Shown here: one piece after another, positions 9,499-19,279 of the stretch
Layout: every line of letters begins with the position of its first letter
Numbering within the stretch: the stretch's first letter is position 1
NCBI GenBank assembly: GCA_965248925.1
Contig: CBDFLE010000005.1
Location: 736,001-800,000 of the forward strand
Direction of reading: 5' to 3'
Length of the DNA stretch: 64,000 nt
DNA from: Candidatus Multivoradales bacterium
GTDB lineage: Bacteria > Acidobacteriota > Thermoanaerobaculia > Multivoradales > J023
Translations under genes and position numbers: made by a program
The notes under the pieces: model-generated
What the model was told of the DNA's origin: nothing
Database searches by the model: none
The model's input: only the letters and a program-made list of their open reading frames with translations

Positions 9499-12174
9499 TC
9501 AAACCGTCGCCGGATCCGGCTTCGCACTGTCAATTTGGTAATGGGCCAAGGCTTTAGTCACCGCCTTGGGATCGATTTCGCCCGCCGTCGCCAGGGCGCG
9601 CAAGGCCGCCACCGCGACAAAATATCTATCGACTTCGAAGAAGCGGCGCAGTTGCTCACGGGTGTCGCTGCGACCGAAACCGTCGGTGCCCAGAGTGGAG
9701 TAGGGCGCCGGCACCCAAGGGCGAATCTGCTCGGAAAAAGCCCGCTGGTAGTCAGTTGCGGCAATCACCGGCCCGCTGCGCTCGCTCAAGCATTGTGCGA
9801 CCCAACAGCTCCGCTGCTCGCCCTCGGGATGCAGCAGGTTGTAGCGCTCGGCGCCGCGCCCATCGCGAGCCAGTTCGTTGAAACTTGGCACGCTCCAGAC
9901 ATCGGCCAACACGTCGAAGTCCTTCTCCAGCAACTCGGCAGCGGCAATCACCTCGCGCAAAATGGCGCCGCAGCCGAGCAGCTGCACCCGCGGCTTCTTG
10001 CTCCCTCTCTTGTTTTCCGACAGCAGGTACATGCCCCGCCGAATGCCCCCTTCGGCACCGCTGGGCATCGCTGGCTGGGGGTAGTTCTCGTTCAGCGTGG
10101 TGATGTAGTAGAAGACATCTTCGCCCTCGCCATACATGCGTTGCAAGCCATCCTGGACGATCACCGCTAATTCATAGCCGTAGGTCGGGTCGTAGCTAAC
10201 GCAAGTCGGCACCGTGGCGGCGATCAGGTGGCTGTGGCCATCTTGGTGCTGCAAGCCCTCGCCGTTGAGAGTCGTCCGGCCCGAGGTGCCGCCGATCAGG
10301 AATCCGCGAGCCCGCTGGTCGGCTGCCGCCCAGATGAAGTCGCCAATGCGTTGAAAGCCAAACATCGAGTAGAAGATGAAGAAGGGAATCATCGGCACGC
10401 CATGAGTGCTGTAGGACATGCCGGCGGCGATCCACGAAGCGATCGCGCCCCCTTCATTGATCCCTTCCTGCAAGATCTGCCCCGCCGCATCCTCGCGGTA
10501 GTAAGCGAGCTGATGGGCATCCACCGGTGTGTAGAGCTGCCCCTGGTGGGCGTAGATGCCAAGCTGGCGGAACATCCCCTCCATGCCGAAAGTGCGGGCT
10601 TCGTCCGCCAGAATCGGCACCAGGTGCTTTTTCAGATTGGCATCGCGGGTCAGTAGACTCAGGATGCGGACAAACGCCAAGGTGGTTGAAATCTGGCGTT
10701 CACCGGAACCTTCGAGCAGGCTCTTAAACGCCGCCAGAGCGGGGATCTCGAGGTTTGCTGAATGATCGACCCGCACTGGGAAATGCCCTCCAAGGGCCTG
10801 GCGGCGTTGCTCCAAGTAGACCATTTCCGGACTATCGGCTGGGGGTTTTAGGAACTTCAGCTTGCTCGCCTGATCATCGTCCAGCGGCACTTGAAAGCGA
10901 TCGCGGAAGTAGAGCACGTCGTCCTGCTTGAGCTTTTTTAACCCGTGCGTGGGGTTCTGGCCCTCGCCCACTGCGCCCATGCCGTAGCCCTTGACCGTCT
11001 TGGCGAGGATGACCGTCGGTTGGCCCCGATGCTCGGTGGCGGCACGGAAGGCGGCATAGATCTTCTTGGTGTCGTGCCCACCGCGCCCCAAGGCTTGCAA
11101 GTCGGCGTCCGAGAAATCCGCCACCATTTTTTCCAGTTCGGGGTGGCCGCCAAAGATCTTCTGGCGGATGAAGTCGCCATCCTTGGTTACCAATTCCTGG
11201 TACTCGCCATCGAGCAGCTCACCCAGTCGTGCCACCAACAAGCCATCGGTGTCGCGGGCTAGGAGGGTGTCCCAGCTCGCATCCCACACCAGCTTGATGA
11301 CATTCCAGCCGGCGCCACGGAACATTCCCTCCAGCTCTTGGATGATCTTGCCGTTGCCGCGCACCGGGCCGTCGAGGCGCTGCAAGTTGCAGTTGACGAT
11401 GAAGGTCAGGTTGTCCAGCCCCTCGCGGACGGCGCAGGTTAGCGCGCCGAGCGACTCCGGCTCGTCAGTCTCGCCATCGCCAAGGAAGGCCCACACCCGG
11501 CGGTCGCCCGCGTCGATCAGACCGCGCTGGTCGAGGTACTTCATGAATCGCGCCTGATAGATCGCCATCAGCGGGCCAAGGCCCATGGAGACGGTGGCAA
11601 ACTGCCAGAAATCAGGCATCAGCCAGGCGTGGGGATACGACGACAGACCATCGTCTTCGCCATCCGATTCGCGGCGAAAGCCCATCAGCCGCGACTCCTT
11701 GAACCGCCCTTCGAGAAAAGCGCGAGCGTAGATTCCTGGCGACGCATGACCCTGGAAGAACACCAAATCGCCCCCGCGCTCAGCCGTAGGCGCGCGCCAG
11801 AAGTGGTTGAAAGCCACCTCCCAGAGATCAGCGATCGACTGGTAGGTGGCGATATGGCCGCCAATCGTGCCCTCAGCCTTGTTGGCCTTGACCACCATCG
11901 CCATCGCATTCCACCGCACCAACGCCGCCAGCTTGCCCTCGATCTCCAGATTGCCGGGATAGTCCGGCTCGTCCTCAGTCCGCAAGGTGTTCACATAGGC
12001 GGTGGTGATCGCCTGGCCAGCACCAGCTACCCCGGCCTGTCCGCCGAGCAGCTCGAGCAAAAACCGGGCACGCTCCGGGCCATCTTCGCGCAGCACATCG
12101 TCCAGAGCATCGAGCCACTCGCGGGACTCCTGCGGGTCGATGTCGGGATTGGGGGTCTGGGGGGCGTTCGGCAT
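9499..12174 (-). CDS. aceE: Pyruvate dehydrogenase E1, homodimeric type
   Basis: DIDPQESREWLDAL, GDGETDEPES TPP motif, NCNLQRLDGPV, GEGLQHQDGHS. Confidence 0.97.
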   Translation of the reverse strand: MPNAPQTPNPDIDPQESREWLDALDDVLREDGPERARFLLELLGGQAGVAGAGQAITTAYVNTLRTEDEPDYPGNLEIEGKLAALVRWNAMAMVVKANKAEGTIGGHIATYQSIADLWEVAFNHFWRAPTAERGGDLVFFQGHASPGIYARAFLEGRFKESRLMGFRRESDGEDDGLSSYPHAWLMPDFWQFATVSMGLGPLMAIYQARFMKYLDQRGLIDAGDRRVWAFLGDGETDEPESLGALTCAVREGLDNLTFIVNCNLQRLDGPVRGNGKIIQELEGMFRGAGWNVIKLVWDASWDTLLARDTDGLLVARLGELLDGEYQELVTKDGDFIRQKIFGGHPELEKMVADFSDADLQALGRGGHDTKKIYAAFRAATEHRGQPTVILAKTVKGYGMGAVGEGQNPTHGLKKLKQDDVLYFRDRFQVPLDDDQASKLKFLKPPADSPEMVYLEQRRQALGGHFPVRVDHSANLEIPALAAFKSLLEGSGERQISTTLAFVRILSLLTRDANLKKHLVPILADEARTFGMEGMFRQLGIYAHQGQLYTPVDAHQLAYYREDAAGQILQEGINEGGAIASWIAAGMSYSTHGVPMIPFFIFYSMFGFQRIGDFIWAAADQRARGFLIGGTSGRTTLNGEGLQHQDGHSHLIAATVPTCVSYDPTYGYELAVIVQDGLQRMYGEGEDVFYYITTLNENYPQPAMPSGAEGGIRRGMYLLSENKRGSKKPRVQLLGCGAILREVIAAAELLEKDFDVLADVWSVPSFNELARDGRGAERYNLLHPEGEQRSCWVAQCLSERSGPVIAATDYQRAFSEQIRPWVPAPYSTLGTDGFGRSDTREQLRRFFEVDRYFVAVAALRALATAGEIDPKAVTKALAHYQIDSAKPDPATV

Positions 12175-12389
12175 AGGTGGTTCCTTGGTCTCTAGCGGCG
12201 TGTGGTGGGAGACGGGCGGAGTCGTGGGAAGAGTATCGTATTGGGGGCGAGGTGGGGAGGCAGCTGACTGTCATCAGCCACCGGGCTCGCATGAGAAGAG
12301 ACGGCCAGCTGCGGAGATTCCAAGGATGGTAGTTTTGTGACTCCTTCTGCCCTGTAGAAGAGTAGTGCCTGGCAGGGGGGGTATCGGAA

Positions 12390-15300
12390 GTGCGGAACAC
12401 TTGGAGTGAGCAGGGTCTGTCCGGTCGCGCCTGCGAGCGGCAGCAGCTGCTTGTGCTCTTTTCCGCGCTTCTGCTGAGTCTAGAGCTGATCAGTTGCTCC
12501 CCGCCACCACCGACCGAAGAAGTGCGGTCGGTGCCCGAAATACTGGCGATTCAGCCGATGACCAGCCGCGGCTCTGTTGCTACCAGCACCGATCTTATCC
12601 CGAACGACGGCGTCCGCTGGCTGGGGGCGCGTTCAGTCGCCCGCTTGGCGAGTGGTGCAGAGTGGCGCCGGTGGGCGAAGGACCCTCAACGCCCCGACTT
12701 GGCCTTTGAACTTGCTGAGGCGTTGTTGACAGTTCCGCCCGAGCGTTCCGAAGCACTCTTGAGCAGTCTCCTCGCGGCGCGCCTGTTGCTAGCGTTGGAC
12801 ATTCGGCCCAGCGTTCTCCTCCTCCAAGCGGGTGCTTTTCGGCGACTTGGATTGTTGCATCAGGCACGCAAAGCCTATCGCGCCTTTCTTGGCCTCGAGC
12901 CGGGCTCACCACGATCTGATCTGGTCTGGGACCAGCTGGCCAACTTGGACAGGCTGGGTCAGCACACCTCTTTGGCTGAGCGATGGAAAAAAGTCGAAGG
13001 CGCCACCTTGGCGACAGATGAAGAACTCCTACAACTAGCGATTGAGTTCCCATGGCTGCTACAAGACAAGCTGATGGGCGAATTATTGCCCGGCTGGGCC
13101 GACTCTACGCTCGCAGACAACCAAGCCTCTGCCAACCGCTCGCTGGAACTCGCTGTAAGGCTGACAGGTGCCCTGCAACGCGCGGGCACTGAAAATCAAC
13201 TGAGCCTCGATGCGCTAGCCTGCGTCGATCACTCGACTGGCCGACTGGCCGAAGACGACTGGCGATTGCTGCTCGAAGGCCTTAGTGAGTACGGTCAGGC
13301 CGAGCGCTTGCCTGAGCTGGCAGCATCGCGCCGTAGCTCGTTCGCGCGCGCCGCCCGCAAGCTTCAGCAGGTCGACTGCCCACTAGCCCTGCGGGTCCAG
13401 CTGGAGTACGCCAAGGAACTCTTTGCGGTTGACAACGACCGCGCCAGGACGCAAATTGAGAAGCTCTCAAAGCGCATCGACAGCTCGCGCTATCCACGCC
13501 TTGCGGCCCATGCGCTATGGATGTCGGGGCTGTCAGAGGCCAGGCATCAGAATCTCTTCCGGGCGGCTCAGAACTATAGCCTTGCTCAAGCGCTGCTAGT
13601 TCAGGTCGGCGATGGTGAAGGGGTAGATGCCCTGGCAGCTCGGCAGTTCGAGACTGAACGCAAACTCGGGCGGACGGCGGACCAATGGAGCCAGCGTCTG
13701 GGCCTGCTGCGCCGGTTTGCCGAACGCGGGCTCACTCGGGAGTTGCACAATCTACTCGAAGACACAACGCATCAGCTGCTGAGCGAAGGCGAAATCGCCT
13801 TGGCCGAGACCTTCCAACTCGAACAGATACCCAACGCTCACAGTCTTGGTAACCAGGTTGCGATCGTAGAAGCACTGACTTTTCGCGCCGAGATCCAGGC
13901 CGCCAAGGGCGATCTCACCGGTAGCCTACGAAGCCTCTTCCGGGCTCGCCTGCAAGCGTCTCAGTTGGGATCAGAGAACAGCGCCCGCCCCGGTCTGGAA
14001 CTCAGTCGGAGGATTGCTGAGACGAAGATCCAGCAACAACTAGATCCACACGCTGCTGTGGTTGAGGTGAGCGATGCCCTGGCGGGCTCAACCCTCACGG
14101 GCCGAGGCGAGCGAATTCCGCGCCTGCTGGGTCTGAGGGCAACGGCGCACCGTGCACTAGCCAACCCCTCCGACGCCCTTACTGATCTCGACACGGCGCT
14201 GGCGATACTCGACACTCGTACAGCCGCTGGTCGTCGCCGCGGGGGCCGATTGAGTTTCTTCGAGAGCGCTCAAGGACTCTTCAACCTGGCTATTGCTATT
14301 GCCGCCGAGGATCTCGGCGATGGGATCCTGGCATTGGCCTACGCAGAAGAATCGCGAGCCCGGGAGCTGACCGAGACGCTCCAAGAGCTATACGGTCCCC
14401 TGCCCTTGCTGACGCCGGCAAATCTTCCGGCGGAGGTGGTATTTCTCGAGGTTGCGGTGCTCGACGAAACGATTCTGGTGTGGAGCATTGACTCTTCGCG
14501 AGTTGAACTCCACGAAGTCCAACACGATCGCTACTGGTTGGCTGACCAAGTCAGGGCAGTGCGTTCGGCCATCGCCTACGGTATTCCTAGTGAAATCCAC
14601 CAGCGCGGTGCGGGGCTTTTTCAGGAGCTGTTCGGCGAGGCACTTGCCGGAGTTACCGCCGAGACGACGCTGGTAATCTCGCCCGACCGAGAGTTGTACG
14701 CACTGCCTTTCGCTGCGCTCCGTCGAAAGGGTCGCTTTCTGATCGAAGATCATGCCTTGGTCATCGCCCCGAGTGGTGCTGTCCACCTGGCGGCAAACGC
14801 TGCGCTGGAGCGCCGTATCAGGTCGTCAGAGCCCGCCGCCTTGGTGATAGGCGACCCCAGATTCGACACTGCGACCTTCGACTTGGACCGACTTCCGGGC
14901 GCGCGGCTCGAAGCAAACCGGGTTGCTGCCATCTACGAACCAAGAGCCCAGCTACTGATCGACCGTCAGGCTACAGCTCTTGCTGTACTGGCTGGCTTCG
15001 AGGGCAAGGATGTAGTGCATATCGGTGCCCACGGAGTCATCTCGCGAGGAGACCCCGAAACCGCGGTAATCGCGCTGGCTCCTGAGACCGAGTGGGGAGA
15101 AGAGCGGGGGCTAAGCCTTGCCAGAATTCGGCGCCTGCGAGCCTTGCCGCCGGCACTGGTCACGCTGGCAGTGTGTCGTTCGGCATCGCCGTTTTCTAAA
15201 GCCCAGCGCGAGGGAGTCGCCGGCCTGGCCGAGGCCTTTCTCGCGGCTGGCGTGCCAACCGTTGTCGCTGCGCTCTGGGATCTCGAAGACCGGGGTTCGA

Positions 15301-15461
15301 GTGAATTCAGCTGGGCGTTCCACCGAGCATACCGCGACGGCCTGGCCGCACACCAAGCTCTGCGGCGAGCACAACTGGAAATGCTCAGGCACCCAGAGAA
15401 ACGGTTTCGCCGACCCCAGTTATGGGCCGCCTCTCAACTCTACGGCGGCTCCAACTTTTAA
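12390..15461 (+). CDS. TPR-like repeat CHAT-domain (caspase-like, clan CD) protease with N-terminal membrane anchor
   Basis: C-terminal LVISPDRELYALPFAAL, VVHIGAHG (His), LVTLAVCRS (Cys), GLAEAFLAAGVPTVVAALWDL, ALRRAQL..WAA; hydrophobic LLVLFSALLLSLELISC near the N-terminus. Confidence 0.9.
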   Translation: MRNTWSEQGLSGRACERQQLLVLFSALLLSLELISCSPPPPTEEVRSVPEILAIQPMTSRGSVATSTDLIPNDGVRWLGARSVARLASGAEWRRWAKDPQRPDLAFELAEALLTVPPERSEALLSSLLAARLLLALDIRPSVLLLQAGAFRRLGLLHQARKAYRAFLGLEPGSPRSDLVWDQLANLDRLGQHTSLAERWKKVEGATLATDEELLQLAIEFPWLLQDKLMGELLPGWADSTLADNQASANRSLELAVRLTGALQRAGTENQLSLDALACVDHSTGRLAEDDWRLLLEGLSEYGQAERLPELAASRRSSFARAARKLQQVDCPLALRVQLEYAKELFAVDNDRARTQIEKLSKRIDSSRYPRLAAHALWMSGLSEARHQNLFRAAQNYSLAQALLVQVGDGEGVDALAARQFETERKLGRTADQWSQRLGLLRRFAERGLTRELHNLLEDTTHQLLSEGEIALAETFQLEQIPNAHSLGNQVAIVEALTFRAEIQAAKGDLTGSLRSLFRARLQASQLGSENSARPGLELSRRIAETKIQQQLDPHAAVVEVSDALAGSTLTGRGERIPRLLGLRATAHRALANPSDALTDLDTALAILDTRTAAGRRRGGRLSFFESAQGLFNLAIAIAAEDLGDGILALAYAEESRARELTETLQELYGPLPLLTPANLPAEVVFLEVAVLDETILVWSIDSSRVELHEVQHDRYWLADQVRAVRSAIAYGIPSEIHQRGAGLFQELFGEALAGVTAETTLVISPDRELYALPFAALRRKGRFLIEDHALVIAPSGAVHLAANAALERRIRSSEPAALVIGDPRFDTATFDLDRLPGARLEANRVAAIYEPRAQLLIDRQATALAVLAGFEGKDVVHIGAHGVISRGDPETAVIALAPETEWGEERGLSLARIRRLRALPPALVTLAVCRSASPFSKAQREGVAGLAEAFLAAGVPTVVAALWDLEDRGSSEFSWAFHRAYRDGLAAHQALRRAQLEMLRHPEKRFRRPQLWAASQLYGGSNF

Positions 15462-15490
15462 CCTTGAAACCGCAATAGAGAACCTGTCCA

Positions 15491-16468
15491 ATGACAACAA
15501 TTGATGTGATGTTCGTCGGCCTCTGTTTGGTTTGTTTGGCGGATCACGCCACCTGCCCAAGCGATTCTCCAGCCGGGATTACCAATGCCTACCTGGTGAA
15601 TGCCGGACCGTCAGCAGAAGAGTACCAACCTTGTGATCTCACCGAACCGCTGCACCGGATTCATGTGCCGCGCCTGATCTACCCAGCAGCGGCTGAGGGA
15701 CTCAGGTCCGACCGCCTGGCTATCGTGGATGACTTCATCACCAGTGACGGCCGACGCATGCGGGTAGTCGACCTCACTGGCCATCAGCTGCAAGTGGCTC
15801 TCAATCCCGCCGGCGTCAAGATGAAGGGCGGACGCTGGTGCGAACACGAATACCCCAAGTGGTTCATGCCGGACGCTAGTGATAGTGATTGGATCGCCTC
15901 AGTGCCCGAGATAGATGCAGACGCCGTTAAAATGCTCAGCGAGAGTGATCTCTGGTGCAAGAAGCGCATTTCCTCTATTGTCCGCTTCTCCGGTGGTATG
16001 GTTAGCGCCCAAAGTCTCGGCCACCATCTAGAGCCTGACAAGAAGGGAGACTACGCATTGTGGCAGATTGTCGATGTCACGAGCGGCACTCCGGTAAGTG
16101 ATGTTGATGACTTTCCGAAAGCCCTGGCCGAGCGGATCCGCTGGCGGCGGCGGGCGGAGGTGATCGACTTTCTCAGGTTTACGGACGAGGACGGCGACGT
16201 CATTTTGATGCTGAAGCCAATCAATGACAGGATCGAGCTGGCCATCGCCAACTTGCCACAGACCTCTGATGAGAAACGCTCGAATCCGGCCCTAGAACAC
16301 TTCCTGTGGTTCTATCGGCTTTACCCGGACAGCTCGTCACTCTGTAATGCGCCGTCAGTGATGCTTAGGAAGAAGAAAAAAAGCCCTCAAGGCCGCTCCC
16401 AAAGGCCCTTCAACCCCGCCCTCGACGAAACCGAATTCTGCCCGCCAGCAACTTCAAGCGGAGGCTAA
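15491..16468 (+). CDS. Hypothetical protein, CHAT-associated
   Basis: 325-aa ORF 29 bp after the CHAT gene and 4 bp before the S8 gene; no domain I can name. Confidence 0.8.
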   Translation: MTTIDVMFVGLCLVCLADHATCPSDSPAGITNAYLVNAGPSAEEYQPCDLTEPLHRIHVPRLIYPAAAEGLRSDRLAIVDDFITSDGRRMRVVDLTGHQLQVALNPAGVKMKGGRWCEHEYPKWFMPDASDSDWIASVPEIDADAVKMLSESDLWCKKRISSIVRFSGGMVSAQSLGHHLEPDKKGDYALWQIVDVTSGTPVSDVDDFPKALAERIRWRRRAEVIDFLRFTDEDGDVILMLKPINDRIELAIANLPQTSDEKRSNPALEHFLWFYRLYPDSSSLCNAPSVMLRKKKKSPQGRSQRPFNPALDETEFCPPATSSGG

Positions 16469-16472
16469 AAGC

Positions 16473-17753
16473 ATGCGCCGTAGACTCAATGCCGTTGTAA
16501 TCCTGTTCGTTCTTGTCTGCATTTCTACTTCCGCTCGCACTGAGGAATTCGTGCTTCTCGCTGCGCCTGGAAGCGAAGACATTGATCGGTACATTGCGCG
16601 AGCTTGCCCAGATTGTCGCACGATCCGATCGTCTTTGGTTTGCGACCGAAAGGAACTACGCACAGTGAGTGTTACGGCCCAAGATAGCGGCAGGCTACTG
16701 TCCGATGATGGCAGGGGCCTGCTGGTCGCAATAAATTCATCGTTTCGGGCCGCGACCTCTGAGTCGTTTCCCAAGGATGAGTTGATTTCTAACTTCCAGT
16801 GGGGAGCCTGTAAGGTCGGCGCGAATTCAATATGGCTCAATCCTTTGGAGGGAACGCCGGCGACAATCGCTATTCTTGATTCTGGAATCAACAACGATCA
16901 TTCTGATATCTCAGTTAGTAGCGCCTACAACTGCCTCGACAGGGGCAGTTGCGTCGAGGAGGATGTCGCTAAGGGAATCGAGGATCGCCTGGGTCATGGC
17001 ACTTTCATCGCAGGCATTATCGCGGCAGAACACAACTCCGGCCCCGGCTCTGGCATTGCCGGAATTGATCCAGGTGTCGAACTAGTCTCGGTCAGAGTTA
17101 TCGGCGATACTGGTATCGGAAGCCTTGACGACATTGTCGCAGGGTTGTGTCTGGTAGCAGACAACGAACTCGCCAGTATTGTCTCAGCAGCCTGGTACAC
17201 CAAGGATGCTGACGCCGAGGACGTACTGGCGAAAGTCTTGAGCTATCTAGAATTGAAGAACATCCTGGTCGTCGCCGCTGCCGGGCCACAAGACGTCTCG
17301 ATTGACTATGATAAGCGTTTCCCAGCTTCACAAGCAGGCTCGTTTGACAACGTTCTGGTCGCCGGCGCGACCACATTTACAGATAGCAGGATTGAGAAGA
17401 CCGCCTACTCAGACTCCACCTTGATCTTGGGTGCACCTGGTAGGGCAACTTCCACCAGGGCTGGCACGTCTACTGGGCTGGTCACGGGTAAGGGTACCTC
17501 TGTGTCGGTGGCTTACGTTACCGCTGCAGCTGCCGTCACGAAACGCTTCTTGTGTCCTTGGCGCACATCTTGCGGCAAGGCAGTCAAGAATCGACTAGTG
17601 GCCTGCGCCGACCAAGTCACCGGCCTCAATTTCGCGCCAAAAGGGCTGCGTCTAAACTTAGCACGGAGCGTTAATCTTGCTAACAACTGCATGAGCATTA
17701 CTAAGATTGCAATGGGCAGCGGTGCGGCGCCCGAAAAGTGTAGGTGCCCGTAG
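16473..17753 (+). CDS. Secreted S8 (subtilisin-like) serine peptidase, Cys-rich
   Basis: Signal peptide MRRRLNAVVILFVLVCISTSA; catalytic motifs ILDSG, GHGTFIAGII, GTSVS. Confidence 0.88.
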   Translation: MRRRLNAVVILFVLVCISTSARTEEFVLLAAPGSEDIDRYIARACPDCRTIRSSLVCDRKELRTVSVTAQDSGRLLSDDGRGLLVAINSSFRAATSESFPKDELISNFQWGACKVGANSIWLNPLEGTPATIAILDSGINNDHSDISVSSAYNCLDRGSCVEEDVAKGIEDRLGHGTFIAGIIAAEHNSGPGSGIAGIDPGVELVSVRVIGDTGIGSLDDIVAGLCLVADNELASIVSAAWYTKDADAEDVLAKVLSYLELKNILVVAAAGPQDVSIDYDKRFPASQAGSFDNVLVAGATTFTDSRIEKTAYSDSTLILGAPGRATSTRAGTSTGLVTGKGTSVSVAYVTAAAAVTKRFLCPWRTSCGKAVKNRLVACADQVTGLNFAPKGLRLNLARSVNLANNCMSITKIAMGSGAAPEKCRCP

Positions 17754-17785
17754 CGGCTGCAAGCATCTAGTGAAGTGGTATTCGG

Positions 17786-19141
17786 CTATTCATCGACCAG
17801 CCCAGCCAACTTCCGCTGCGGATTCACCGCTCCCAGCGCCGCCGCCGCCAGCACCAGCGAGATCCCCAGCCCACCCCAAAAGGCAGCGTCGTAGGTGCCC
17901 GTGTAGCGCTGCGAAAGGCTCATCAAGAAGGGCCCGAAGGCACTGCCGATGACTACCGCCGACATCGCCAATCCGCTAACCGCGCCTAGATGTAGGCGAC
18001 CAAAGAAGCGCGGCCAGACCACTCCCATCAAAGCCTGAAAGGCGCCGCCCGAGAATCCCAGCCCGACGACGATCAACACCTTGCCCGGAATGCTGGGCAG
18101 TAGCAGTAGGCCGCCACAGCAGACCGCCGAGGCAAGCCCCAGCAAGCACAGTGGCCAGCGCAGCTGGGTGCGGTCGCTCCACCAACCGACCAAGAAATTC
18201 GAGGGAATCGATACCAGGCTTACAGGGATGAACAGGGCCAGAATGGCGTTGCGGCTCATGCCGACCTGCTCGCCCAAGGAAACGATGTGGAAGGTGTAGC
18301 CGGTGGCGAACAGACCCACCCAAGCGAAGGAGAGCGCGAAGGCCCAGAAGGTGAAAGTGCGGGACGCTTCGCGCCGATTGAGCTCTTGGTGCAGCAGCTG
18401 GTCGGGATGCCGGGGCCGGGCGTTTGCGGGCAGCACGCCCCCGTCCATCTCCAAGCCGCACTCCTCGGGGTTGTCGCGGAAGAATGCCCAAGCGAGCAGG
18501 CTGAAGCCACCCGCCAAGAGCGCCGCTTGCAGGCGCCAGGCACCGCGCCAGCCCCAGCTGTCGATCATCCAGGCCAATACTCGTGGCGACAAAGAGAAAC
18601 TGAACGACACTGCGATGCCGGTGATCGAGATCACCAAACCGCGCCGCCGGTCCCACCACTTACCGATCATCGCCCGCGAGGTCACCGTCAACATGCCCTG
18701 GCCAAAGAAGCGCAGGGCAAAAAATAGCAGGCAAATCACTGTGAAAGAGAGGGACGCGGTGGCCACTCCCAGGCCGCTGGCGAGCAAACTAGCCAAATGG
18801 TCGGCCGAACTCGCCGCCAGTAACACCGCGGCCAAGGCCAGGCTGCTGGCGACTGCCATGCGGCGGGCTCCCAGGCGGTCGAGCAAGCGACCGCCCAACG
18901 GCAGGAGCAGGCCACTCGATACGGTGCCGATCAGATAGGCGGTACTCAGCTGTACCCGGCTCAGCCCCAAGTTGGAGATCAGGTAGTCGGTGAAGACACT
19001 CACCCCAACCGTCTGACCGGGAATACTGGCGGCTATCCCGAGGGTGCCCGCCAGCGCCGCTACCCAGCCATAGAAGAAAGGCCAGCGGGCCGGTGCAAAT
19101 GGGAAGTCAGGGCGCCAAAAGGTGGAGGGAGGATTTCGCAT
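17786..19141 (-). CDS. MFS transporter
   Basis: About 12 TM helices, FFYGW start, motif A GRLLDRLGARR. Confidence 0.9.
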   Translation of the reverse strand: MRNPPSTFWRPDFPFAPARWPFFYGWVAALAGTLGIAASIPGQTVGVSVFTDYLISNLGLSRVQLSTAYLIGTVSSGLLLPLGGRLLDRLGARRMAVASSLALAAVLLAASSADHLASLLASGLGVATASLSFTVICLLFFALRFFGQGMLTVTSRAMIGKWWDRRRGLVISITGIAVSFSFSLSPRVLAWMIDSWGWRGAWRLQAALLAGGFSLLAWAFFRDNPEECGLEMDGGVLPANARPRHPDQLLHQELNRREASRTFTFWAFALSFAWVGLFATGYTFHIVSLGEQVGMSRNAILALFIPVSLVSIPSNFLVGWWSDRTQLRWPLCLLGLASAVCCGGLLLLPSIPGKVLIVVGLGFSGGAFQALMGVVWPRFFGRLHLGAVSGLAMSAVVIGSAFGPFLMSLSQRYTGTYDAAFWGGLGISLVLAAAALGAVNPQRKLAGLVDE

Positions 19142-19279
19142 TGCGAACGCTCTCTCTCGGATCTTGGACTCGGACCCTGGATCGAAGAGAGCGCCGACTA
19201 TACCTAGTTTCGTGCCTGGGAGTCTGAAGTCCTCCGCGTTGCACCGTCGTCTGGCCAGGTGGGTAGGGCAGTAGGATAC

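Noticed and set aside
12175-17785. Mobile element boundaries around the CHAT cassette
   Set aside because: No transposase, integrase, terminal inverted repeats or target-site duplication found by eye.
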